A stretch of 64,000 bases of DNA, taken from positions 1-64,000 of the IMG/VR virus record IMGVR_UViG_3300022921_000002; one strand, given 5' to 3'. Numbering within the stretch: position 1 is the first letter of the stretch; each line of letters starts with the position of its first letter. Below the pieces are notes generated by a model, which worked only from the letters and a program-made list of their open reading frames with translations, did no database searches and was not told the DNA's origin. Of the stretch, positions 7,797 through 17,191 are shown in pieces. Both the position numbers and the translations under genes were made by a program.

Positions 7797-10700
7797 CTTT
7801 ATTGCTCATGAGCATTGTAACCATTTCTGTCAATTTGTCAATGGCTTTTTTCTGCTCATCTATTTGCTTTTGTTGTTTATTTATTGTTTCCTGCTGCTCT
7901 TTTGTTGACTCAATAAGTAGTCCAACCATGTTGCCATAGTTAACTGCTTTACGTTTACCACCGCCAGCATCATTTGGATCGAGTGTGTCAATCTCATAAA
8001 CAATACCTGGTAAAACTTTTTCAACTTGTTGAGCGATAACGCCGGTATGTCGGCCATCACGGTCGATATATTTATAAGTGATACCATCAAGTGACATTAC
8101 CTTTTCAACAGCATTATCAATAACTTCAACATCTTCTTTATAGCGGATATCCGAGAAATCAACATATGCTGTAATATTCTCATCACACTGAATAGCACCA
8201 TAAGAATTTATCCCATTCATCAGTGACGTGCCGGCGGGATTAGTGTAATATGTGGTGTCATTTTGGTCATAGAAAATTGGAGCACGGAAAGAAGATCGAG
8301 CTTCAAAGTAATTAGATCTCGTACGACCTTCCCAGGTACCATTGTAGTAAATATATGTAATATAGTCTTGGTCAGCATAAATAATTGCTTCACCATTGTC
8401 ATGGTACATCGAGAAAATAGAACCGTCATCATCCCAATAATGCCGTCCACACGCAGTACCGTTCGAGTCGCGGTAATAAATTTCACCATGGTCGTTGTTG
8501 TTTGAACGGATTGAGCAAGTATCTGAATCATCATCGTACCAATCCCAACCATCATTCAAAGAATAAATGTTGGCGTTAATGCCATTCATACGTGAAGTTG
8601 AGGCGGGGTTTGTGTAATAGCCTGTGTCATTTTGGTCATAGAAAAGTGGTGCCCGGAATGACCCGCGTGCTTCAAAATAGCTAGATCTTGTACGACCTTC
8701 CCAAGTACCGTTATAATAAATGTAGGTGATATAATCTTCATCAGCATAAATAATTGCTTCACCGTTATCGTGGTACATTGAGAAAATTGACCCATCATCA
8801 TCCCAATAGTGTCTACCACAGGCTGTGCCATTACTATCACGGTAATAAATTTCACCGTGGTCGTTGTTATTTGAACGAATATTGAAAGTATCACCGTCAT
8901 CATCGTATAAATCCCAACCATCATTGAACTGAAGGAAGTTAAGATTAATTTGGTTCATACGAGAAGTTGATGCAAAGTCTCCGTAATAAGCACTGTCGTT
9001 TGAGTCGTAATAACGGCCTGCATACATTGATCCGCCGTTTGTACTGTTTTCATCAAGTACAGGAATTGTTCTCCAAGATCTAAACGAACTACCCCAAGTT
9101 GAGCGGAACCGAAGGTTTGTAATCGGACCACCAACCATTTGCCAACCATAACGGTTGCTACCGTTTGAGTAGTGATATGACTGAATACCAACCCAGTGAG
9201 AAGTACCTGAAGGCTGGTTGCCTGGGTTTGACCACGAGTCAATAAATCCTGAACCCCAGTCAGCAACAGTGGAGGTCATATCTTGACGACCCCAACCCAT
9301 GGCGCCTGTCCAATAGTCGCTGTTACTTGTAATACGAATACGAGCACGATAGTATTCACCACTATCACGAGTATGCCCAGGCATTGATAGGTAAGACATT
9401 GTTTGGTTGTTCACACCACGGAAACGAGTAGAGTTGGTTGAACCGCCGTTAAACATACCAAAGGTATCATTTGAGTCATACCATAATTGACCGCGTGCCG
9501 ATGAACCTTCAAACAGACCGTAGTCAGCACCAACAATTCTAAATCTCCAACTTGCACCGTTATTAAGGAAACCAACGTTGTTACCATTGTCGGCATACAC
9601 ATAGCCACGAACGGTACCAGCATACTCATCTCTAAACCTAATACCGTTTGCGCCGGTGCCACCAGCAATGTTCCAATAATCATCGTTATCAGAATACCAA
9701 TGTTGCCCTGATCCTTGGTTATATAGACCTTCACCAGAGTTATCGTTGCGGAACCAGTTTCTTGCATAGAATTCGTTACCACGAACACCGGTGTTAAAGT
9801 TAGAGAATGACGATGGATCACAATAGTAACCAGTATTATTTGAGTCATAAAAGATTGGTGCTCGGAGTGAGCTTGATGCTTGTGTTACACCATCATTTCT
9901 TGCTTGGAATACCCAAGTGTTTGTAATATTACCTGAACCGGCACCATGTTGTCCAAGATATATACCAGATCCGTTATCGTTATTGTTATTTGAGTCGGCA
10001 TTAAAATAAAAGTTGTTATATGAGTTAAATCTCAAATCATCAGAAATACCACCACCGTTATTACGTGAGGAAATACTATGATAATCAGAATCATTACCGT
10101 AGAATGTGATAAAGTCACCGCGGTCACGCATATCGAGCCTATCAGCACGAACTGTAACCATTTCAGATGTTGAATTTGGATTTACATAGTAACCTGTGTT
10201 GTTACTATCATAAAAGATTGGTGCTCTTAAAGATGAGCCAGCTTGCAAGTTATTATTAACATAGACGTTATTTGCACCTAAAGGATCAGAACCGTTGTTA
10301 ACTGACATAACCTGAGTAGCCATGTTATAATCATTATAAAAACGCATACCTTGGTAGCTAGCGTTTGCACCAAACTTAATACCTGTATGGAATGCAATGC
10401 GCATATCTGGGTATGGGTATGACCAACCACCAGATTCTCGGTAAATAGCGTAAGCAGTAGATCTTCCTGAATCCCAGTATAAACCAAAGCCATCGTTAGA
10501 AGAAACAGCGCCATCATTTGTAAAGTAATTGGCTCGGACGTTATTAAATCGAGAAGTACTTGCCGGATCTGCGTAATAGGACGTGTTATTTCGGTCATAC
10601 ATAATCGGTGTATCAATTCTTGAATTGAACAACGTCTGACCATCGCCACGCATAATAACATTCCATTGGCCACCTACACCGCCATCACGGAATGAGATAT

Positions 10701-13700
10701 CCTCACCACCTGATGTTGCAATAATTAAGTGAGCATCATTAGTATCAGTAGATTGAATATACCCACGAGTGTTTCCTGCTGATGTTTGGAAATGAGCAAT
10801 ACCACCACTAACATGGTATGTGGTATTAACATTAATTTGGTTCATACGTGAAGTCGATGCAAAGTTACCATAATAACCTGTATTATCTAGGTCATAGAAT
10901 ATCGGTGCACGGAACGAACCGTTTTGTGATACATATCCGTCTGAGTTATAAAGACGGTGACCGTATGTTAGTTTCCAATGTTTTGTTGGATAAGAGTCAT
11001 TACCACCTAATGCAACATACATCCCGGTATCATTATCACCCCAACCACTTGCTCTTTTATAAAGACCCACGTTCATATGAGTTCTATAACCTGAGTTATA
11101 TAAAGCAGTTGTATGTATAAGTGGCAAGAACGTGTTTGTTGTTCCTACATTTGTATCACGGTTTCTTGTTGAAATAGGAGCATTTGTTAAGCTTGTAACA
11201 GCAGTTGCGTCATAATCCAACACATTATCAATATACATAATACCATTGAATGTCGCCGTACTTGCAGTACTTAGTGAACCATTCAGCGTTAAGCTATTAA
11301 ATACTGATGTACTCGCCATATTTGCGTAGTAGCCTGTATTATCTTGGTCATAGAAAATTGGTGCTCGATAAGAACCGCGAGCTTGCATATAACCGCTTGC
11401 TGATACTTCTTCCCACTGTCCATTATAATACAATTCAGTACGGCCGTTGTCAAACCATCTTGTCATCCATTCGTTGCGCGTATCGTTATAGATACCTGCT
11501 TCTGCTGAGCCGTTTGACATAAAGACCCAGTCATTACGAATTGCATAACCAGCCCAAGAACTTGTTTTATCACCTTCAACTCTAATTGAACCGTAGTCAC
11601 CTGATGGTGAGTCAATTATGTATTCCGAACCATCAAGCTGAATTTGATTAACACGAATAACATTCATACGTGAGGTTGATGCAAAGTCACCATAGTAATC
11701 TGTGTTGTTTGAGTCATAAAAAATTGGTGAACGCATTTGAGCAGGAGCGATAGCATAACCTGATCTTGTTTCTAATTGTACTACGTTATGCGCATATATT
11801 TTAACCTTATTGGTGTTACCATTTGATCCATCGTTCTGTGCAACAATTATATTATGAGAACCACCTGAACCACCGCGGAGATGAAGTCCACGATAAACAT
11901 TCCAATACATTCCATCAAAGCCAGTATTAGCTGCGCCGCGAGCGCCAGGTCCGCCATAATAATGGTTCCAAAGAACGTGGTTAGTATCAGTACCGCCGTT
12001 AAACCATATACTGTTATGAGTATAAGCACGATTTAATCTTAAACCGTAATTTCTTATTTCTACATTATGTAAAACTGATTGGCTATTAGGATCAACAAAA
12101 TAGTTGCCATCGTTTGCATCAACAAATCTTTGAGCATGGGAATAACGACCAGTGAATGTGTCACCATCAGACTCAATACGGAAACGTGATGTTCCTGCAC
12201 CTGATCCTGTTGTGAAGTGGAGATTACCACCGGAGTTGGTTGTCAAATTATTTGGAGATTCATAAATCTTCCAATCATTACCGCCTTTCCAACGAATACC
12301 TTCTTGAGGACCTGGGTCATTGAATGAAAGATTGTTTAGATTTTCAATTGAACCGTTTGTCCAATCCCAAGAACCTGCAACCTTACCGCCCGAAGCAGGG
12401 TTCATAAAGTAAGCAGTATTATCTCTATCTCTAAAGTTACTAGCATCAACTATATTCATTTTAGATGTGCTTGACGGATCAACGTAATAAGAATTATTAT
12501 CAGAGTCAATCATACTTGCAGCATAAATGCTATCAGGTGTACGAATACGGTTTTGAATATTTGAGCGTTTTAGAATTGGTGGACCGTACTCACGAAGAGC
12601 ACCACCTGTGCTATGATTCATTAATAGACGGATACGAATGTATTTACAACCTGCGCCGTCAGAACCATTATAAACTGTATGGCTTGTTGGAATTGTTGTA
12701 TATCCACGGTATGTTTGCCACGAAGTAGATGTTTGGTTTGAGTTACTTGCAACAAAGTACGTGGTGCCTGCATTAGAAGAAATTGGCTTTTTATCTTTAT
12801 CGTATCTTTCAATACCATAATAAACAACACCGCCTGAACCAGATATTGTTCTTACTGAAACCTCACCGTAAATTTCTTCGCCAGGTTCAACAGGAATATA
12901 ATCAGAATAGAAATCACGGTATCCCGACGTTCTTAGTGCGTAAGTTGCAGAGAATGGGCCGTTACCGTTTTTAACGTATTCACTTGTTACAGTGGTAGGT
13001 CCATTTTCAGCACCTTGTAATGCTTTGATTGCGCGCTTTTCCCAATACTCAGTTCCGTCAAATACCATGGTTTCGGCAAAGCCTGGTCCATAAACTGGGT
13101 TCAATGATATATTTTCATTGCCTGCGTTTAGATTATAGTTTGAGGCAGCCATTTCACCATCAATGAGCATATCGCCGTCTTCATTGATACGTGCTTTATC
13201 GCCAATGCCGTTGAAGTGAATAATAAAGGCATCTCTATCACCTGATCCTGAATTATAATTATCGTGGACAATCCATGGGTAATTACCATTGTTTGTAAAC
13301 GAGAGATTGCTGTTACGGAAACCTGCAAGATATCTGTTATTATGCCAAATTCCTAATGGATATGATCCACCAATATAGTCACCGCCATTGCCGAGTGCCA
13401 ATTGGTTCATACGAGATTTTGCATTAAAGTCACCACGATAGGCAGTATCGTTACTATCATAATAAATTGGTGAACGCATTTGAACCGGTGCTAAAGCATA
13501 ACCGACTTCTGCTGAAATTTGGTGAACACCATTTCCATACAAACGAGTCCAACTGTTTCTATCAGCATATAATACCCACTCATTATCAGTATCGTTATAA
13601 AGACCCATATTGGACAAGCTGTCTGACATAAATACCCAGTCATTTTCAATGGCATAACCTGCGTAACCGCCTTTACCACCTTGTACCATAATAGTACCGT

Positions 13701-16700
13701 ACTGACCTGATGGTGAGTCAATAATATATGATGTTTGGTCCATTTGAATTTGATTTAGGTGAACAACATTCATACGTGAAGTTGATGCAAAGTCACCAAA
13801 GTAAGAAACATTGTTTGAGTCAACAAATACTGGTGCACGCATTTCTGCGGTGTGAGAAATCCTGTCCGCATTAATAATCGTGTGGTTTACGCCGTCGGTA
13901 TAGAATTTATAACCAACATCAGAGTTGAACCACATATGGTCACTCTCGATACCGATTGAGTAATCTCTGCCTGATCCAATAGGATAAAGAATTAATCTTG
14001 CACCTGTTGTGGCATCGGTAGCCGTTGGAGCATTTGGTGTTTCGGTATCAAATTCAATCTGATGCATAACAGACTTGCCAGCAAAATCACCATAATAGTC
14101 ATTATCATTATAGTCATAGTATATTGGGAAATAGGCATAAGAAGTTGCGTCAAAGGCATATGCACCGCCATCGTGGTAAGTAGGCTTATTAAAAAAGAAC
14201 CTAGCACGGTCAGTATCAAAATGCGAATACGTTGCATCCATTGGACCAATATCAACACGGCCAGTTGGTGTTGAGAATCTATGAGCAGAGTTAGTATTTG
14301 GGTTCCAGCTATAATCTGTATCGGCGCTATCTTTAAAGATTGGCGCACGGATTTCGTGGTCAATTTGAGCATATGTGTTATTAATAACAGCACGGCGTGT
14401 TCCGCCTGTGTAGAATACTTGCTGATCTGCGGCATCAAAACCAAAATAGTTATTTGTATCACCTTTATGGATAATATAATCATCAAGCTGAATTTGGTTC
14501 ATTACTGATGTGCCAGCAAACTCACCTCTATAATTGGTGTCAGTATAATCGTAATAAATTTCAGCATACATATTACCCGCGGTGGATATGTTTTTACCGT
14601 TGCGTACTTTAACGTCATTGGCATCGGTCATATAGAAACCGCCACCTTGACCAAACCCAAGCTCATTATTTTTAAAGAACGAGGCAGTACCGTTACCTAC
14701 AACATAAGCATCATCGTTGCTATTTAATTGAACTGATCCGTTGACGTGTAGTTTATTATCTGTATTAGTACCAACAAGCGGTGTCATATCACCAGTAGTA
14801 TATTGTGCAGTTTGGTCACCGACAACAACATCGCCTGTGCTTGTATCGGCACTTAACGTAAAATTTGCACCTGAGTCAATAATATAGAAACCTGCATCAC
14901 CTTCCATAACATTGTAAATATTTCTGAACTGGTCACCACGAATGGATAGGTCAGTTGAATCACCATCACTGAAATCAACATATCGGTTTGTCGAAGCAAA
15001 TGGGTTCGCTCCCATTGTTGAAGTTTGTTTAATACTCAATGGCGAAGTTGGTGCTACATTAATACCAAAGTTTACACCTGTCTGCAATGCAGTTGAACTT
15101 GAGTCAAGTGTTGTTACTCCACCTACAACTAATTCAAAATTATCATCGGAGTCATATCCGAAATAAGTATCAGGATCACCGTTGTGTTTTATATAATCAT
15201 TAATGATTACGTTATTCGTAAATGTAGTTGCAGCATCTGTAATTTGAACTCTGACAGCACCACCTGTTGATAAATCAATCTGATCCGTACCGAATGAAAG
15301 TTTAGTATCGGTATCACCATTGTGGAATAAGTCATCATCAATACCAATATCATTTATAACTGATGTTCCTGCAGGATCAACAAGATATGCATTGTTATCT
15401 GAGTCGAGTAATCTTGGTGCAATCAAATCAACTGATGATGTAACCGCACTATTAGTAATTTCTAATCTTGTTGCTCCACCTGTGTCCAAATCAATTGTGT
15501 CGGTGTCAAACGAAAGTTTAGTATCAGTATCGCCGTTATGGAAAAGATCACTATTAATTCCAATCGTATTCATTACTGATGTACCGGCAAAGTCACCAAG
15601 GTACGTATTATCATCACTATCTAAATATCGAGGAGCCTTTACATCAACCGATGCTGTAACTGCAGTATTAGAAATTTCTAATCTTGATGTGCCACCTGTT
15701 GCTAAATCAATTTGATCTGTATCAAATGAAATCTTTGTGTCAGTATCACCATTATGGAATAAGTCATCGTCTAAACCAACTGAATGTAAAACTGAGTCAC
15801 CAGCAGGATCAACAAGATAACTATTATCGTCGGCATCTACAAACCTTGGAGCAATTGCATCGCCTGTGCTTGTGATGGTACCGGTTATTTCTGTTCCTGT
15901 TGTGCTTACATCAATTTGCTTTACACCGTTGAGATATAGTACCCAACTATCATCGGCATCAAAACCAAAATATGAATTTAAATCACCATTGTGGCTAACG
16001 TAATCATCAATAGATATTGAGGCAAGTACTGATCCACTTGCAGGATCAACAAGATAAGTATTATCATCAGCATCTACGAATTGTTTTGCAACTATGTTAT
16101 TATCAACAACCCAATCAAAACTTGTATTTAATTGAGCACCGTAGTTTTGGTCAGGTTTTAAGAAACCAATTACACCGTTGTTTGAATAAAGTACACCGTC
16201 TGTACCTGAGCCGTCAAGGTTAATTCTTGCACCGCCGACATTATCACCAATAGTCAAATTACCTTCAATAGTGATATTACCTGTTGCGGTATCATCAGCA
16301 TCAGAACGTAGGAATTGTTCTGCTTCTAATCCGTCAACTGTATCAGCATCAAACGAGTTACCTGAGCCTTCATCGGCTGTTGTAATGATACGACCTAAAT
16401 CTGTGCCATCTGAAATGAGTTTAAAGTAATCATTTGTTTCATCCCATTGTATAGAAGAAACACTTTCATCACCACGAAGTACTTCCCAACCAGCGTTTTC
16501 TGTTGGTGTACCTGATGTAAAATTAGAATTAAGAGTAAGAATATTATCAGCAATTAAAACGGTTTCAGTATTTACAGTAGTTGTTGTACCGTTGATTGTT
16601 AGATTACCAGTAATAATATAATTACCGTCCAATGTATCATCGGTATCTGAACGTACGAATTGTGTTGAATCTAAAGCATCAAGTAAGTCGGCATCAAGGC

Positions 16701-17151
16701 CTGATCCTGTACCGTCGTTTCCTGCGTTCCAAAATACGTTACCCAGGTATGTTGGTTCACGTTTGAAATCAATACCACCGCTATCAAACTCTAGGTCAAC
16801 AACATCATTATAAAGAATTTGAATACCAGGCGTTCCATCATAAAATATGATAGAGTTATCTTGACCTGTGTTTGTAAGTTTATAGTCACCTGCGGAAATA
16901 TATTGAATTTCCATTGAGTCTTGTGCTTCACCACGGAACCTTGCAACAATAGGATTATTGAGAAGTCCTGCATCATTGAAAATATCAATAGATGGTGTAG
17001 AACCAGTCGATTGCTGAACCGTTAATTGTCCTGAAAGTTTACTTGGTCCTGTTACCTGAAGTTTATTTGTACCATCATCGGTAGTGGTACCTACAACAAC
17101 ATTATTTTGGGTCTGCAGACCATGCTTTACTATAAATTTCTTATCGGCCAC
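7792..17151 (-). CDS. Giant modular long tail fibre (3119 aa) with a C-terminal peptidase S74 intramolecular chaperone
   Basis: GTG start with a strong SD; LDADLLD motif; about 21 copies of an AP(I)F(Y)DxxNTxYYxDPASTS linker. C-terminal SDIRYKEDV...GVIAQQVEKVLP...VNYGNMVGLLIESTKE plus a coiled coil is the S74 pattern. Confidence 0.85.
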   Translation of the reverse strand: MADKKFIVKHGLQTQNNVVVGTTTDDGTNKLQVTGPSKLSGQLTVQQSTGSTPSIDIFNDAGLLNNPIVARFRGEAQDSMEIQYISAGDYKLTNTGQDNSIIFYDGTPGIQILYNDVVDLEFDSGGIDFKREPTYLGNVFWNAGNDGTGSGLDADLLDALDSTQFVRSDTDDTLDGNYIITGNLTINGTTTTVNTETVLIADNILTLNSNFTSGTPTENAGWEVLRGDESVSSIQWDETNDYFKLISDGTDLGRIITTADEGSGNSFDADTVDGLEAEQFLRSDADDTATGNITIEGNLTIGDNVGGARINLDGSGTDGVLYSNNGVIGFLKPDQNYGAQLNTSFDWVVDNNIVAKQFVDADDNTYLVDPASGSVLASISIDDYVSHNGDLNSYFGFDADDSWVLYLNGVKQIDVSTTGTEITGTITSTGDAIAPRFVDADDNSYLVDPAGDSVLHSVGLDDDLFHNGDTDTKISFDTDQIDLATGGTSRLEISNTAVTASVDVKAPRYLDSDDNTYLGDFAGTSVMNTIGINSDLFHNGDTDTKLSFDTDTIDLDTGGATRLEITNSAVTSSVDLIAPRLLDSDNNAYLVDPAGTSVINDIGIDDDLFHNGDTDTKLSFGTDQIDLSTGGAVRVQITDAATTFTNNVIINDYIKHNGDPDTYFGYDSDDNFELVVGGVTTLDSSSTALQTGVNFGINVAPTSPLSIKQTSTMGANPFASTNRYVDFSDGDSTDLSIRGDQFRNIYNVMEGDAGFYIIDSGANFTLSADTSTGDVVVGDQTAQYTTGDMTPLVGTNTDNKLHVNGSVQLNSNDDAYVVGNGTASFFKNNELGFGQGGGFYMTDANDVKVRNGKNISTAGNMYAEIYYDYTDTNYRGEFAGTSVMNQIQLDDYIIHKGDTNNYFGFDAADQQVFYTGGTRRAVINNTYAQIDHEIRAPIFKDSADTDYSWNPNTNSAHRFSTPTGRVDIGPMDATYSHFDTDRARFFFNKPTYHDGGAYAFDATSYAYFPIYYDYNDNDYYGDFAGKSVMHQIEFDTETPNAPTATDATTGARLILYPIGSGRDYSIGIESDHMWFNSDVGYKFYTDGVNHTIINADRISHTAEMRAPVFVDSNNVSYFGDFASTSRMNVVHLNQIQMDQTSYIIDSPSGQYGTIMVQGGKGGYAGYAIENDWVFMSDSLSNMGLYNDTDNEWVLYADRNSWTRLYGNGVHQISAEVGYALAPVQMRSPIYYDSNDTAYRGDFNAKSRMNQLALGNGGDYIGGSYPLGIWHNNRYLAGFRNSNLSFTNNGNYPWIVHDNYNSGSGDRDAFIIHFNGIGDKARINEDGDMLIDGEMAASNYNLNAGNENISLNPVYGPGFAETMVFDGTEYWEKRAIKALQGAENGPTTVTSEYVKNGNGPFSATYALRTSGYRDFYSDYIPVEPGEEIYGEVSVRTISGSGGVVYYGIERYDKDKKPISSNAGTTYFVASNSNQTSTSWQTYRGYTTIPTSHTVYNGSDGAGCKYIRIRLLMNHSTGGALREYGPPILKRSNIQNRIRTPDSIYAASMIDSDNNSYYVDPSSTSKMNIVDASNFRDRDNTAYFMNPASGGKVAGSWDWTNGSIENLNNLSFNDPGPQEGIRWKGGNDWKIYESPNNLTTNSGGNLHFTTGSGAGTSRFRIESDGDTFTGRYSHAQRFVDANDGNYFVDPNSQSVLHNVEIRNYGLRLNRAYTHNSIWFNGGTDTNHVLWNHYYGGPGARGAANTGFDGMYWNVYRGLHLRGGSGGSHNIIVAQNDGSNGNTNKVKIYAHNVVQLETRSGYAIAPAQMRSPIFYDSNNTDYYGDFASTSRMNVIRVNQIQLDGSEYIIDSPSGDYGSIRVEGDKTSSWAGYAIRNDWVFMSNGSAEAGIYNDTRNEWMTRWFDNGRTELYYNGQWEEVSASGYMQARGSYRAPIFYDQDNTGYYANMASTSVFNSLTLNGSLSTASTATFNGIMYIDNVLDYDATAVTSLTNAPISTRNRDTNVGTTNTFLPLIHTTALYNSGYRTHMNVGLYKRASGWGDNDTGMYVALGGNDSYPTKHWKLTYGHRLYNSDGYVSQNGSFRAPIFYDLDNTGYYGNFASTSRMNQINVNTTYHVSGGIAHFQTSAGNTRGYIQSTDTNDAHLIIATSGGEDISFRDGGVGGQWNVIMRGDGQTLFNSRIDTPIMYDRNNTSYYADPASTSRFNNVRANYFTNDGAVSSNDGFGLYWDSGRSTAYAIYRESGGWSYPYPDMRIAFHTGIKFGANASYQGMRFYNDYNMATQVMSVNNGSDPLGANNVYVNNNLQAGSSLRAPIFYDSNNTGYYVNPNSTSEMVTVRADRLDMRDRGDFITFYGNDSDYHSISSRNNGGGISDDLRFNSYNNFYFNADSNNNNDNGSGIYLGQHGAGSGNITNTWVFQARNDGVTQASSSLRAPIFYDSNNTGYYCDPSSFSNFNTGVRGNEFYARNWFRNDNSGEGLYNQGSGQHWYSDNDDYWNIAGGTGANGIRFRDEYAGTVRGYVYADNGNNVGFLNNGASWRFRIVGADYGLFEGSSARGQLWYDSNDTFGMFNGGSTNSTRFRGVNNQTMSYLSMPGHTRDSGEYYRARIRITSNSDYWTGAMGWGRQDMTSTVADWGSGFIDSWSNPGNQPSGTSHWVGIQSYHYSNGSNRYGWQMVGGPITNLRFRSTWGSSFRSWRTIPVLDENSTNGGSMYAGRYYDSNDSAYYGDFASTSRMNQINLNFLQFNDGWDLYDDDGDTFNIRSNNNDHGEIYYRDSNGTACGRHYWDDDGSIFSMYHDNGEAIIYADEDYITYIYYNGTWEGRTRSSYFEARGSFRAPLFYDQNDTGYYTNPASTSRMNGINANIYSLNDGWDWYDDDSDTCSIRSNNNDHGEIYYRDSNGTACGRHYWDDDGSIFSMYHDNGEAIIYADQDYITYIYYNGTWEGRTRSNYFEARSSFRAPIFYDQNDTTYYTNPAGTSLMNGINSYGAIQCDENITAYVDFSDIRYKEDVEVIDNAVEKVMSLDGITYKYIDRDGRHTGVIAQQVEKVLPGIVYEIDTLDPNDAGGGKRKAVNYGNMVGLLIESTKEQQETINKQQKQIDEQKKAIDKLTEMVTMLMSNKE
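8210..8925 (-). repeat. Tandem duplication with a 369-nt (123-aa) period inside the fibre tip
   Basis: NDGWD...RSNNNDHGEIYYRDSNGTACGRHYWDDDGSIFSMYHDNGEAIIYAD.DYITYIYYNGTWEGRTRS.YFEAR.SFRAP.FYDQNDT occurs twice; the anchor CCATCATT is at 8549 and 8918. Confidence 0.9.
15250..16030 (-). repeat. Tandem coding repeats of 216 nt (72 aa) in the N-terminal part of the fibre
   Basis: DDLFHNGDTDTK(I/L)SF(D/G)TD(Q/T)IDLxTGG unit with anchors at 15311, 15527 and 15743, plus diverged flanking copies. Confidence 0.85.
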
Positions 17152-17183
17152 GGTTCACTCTCCCCAGTTGGCGTTATTTTATC

Positions 17184-17191
17184 TATTTATA
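17184..17191 (-). promoter_or_regulatory. T4-type late promoter TATAAATA
   Basis: Exact TATAAATA overlapping the stop codon of the 807-aa gene, 33 nt upstream of the 3119-aa fibre start. Confidence 0.75.

Noticed and set aside
8069-8076. Intragenic TATAAATA (and AATAAATA at 43985-43992)
   Set aside because: These are explained by Tyr-Lys-Tyr and Asn-Lys-Tyr codons in AT-rich coding DNA, far from start codons. They cannot be supported without transcript data.
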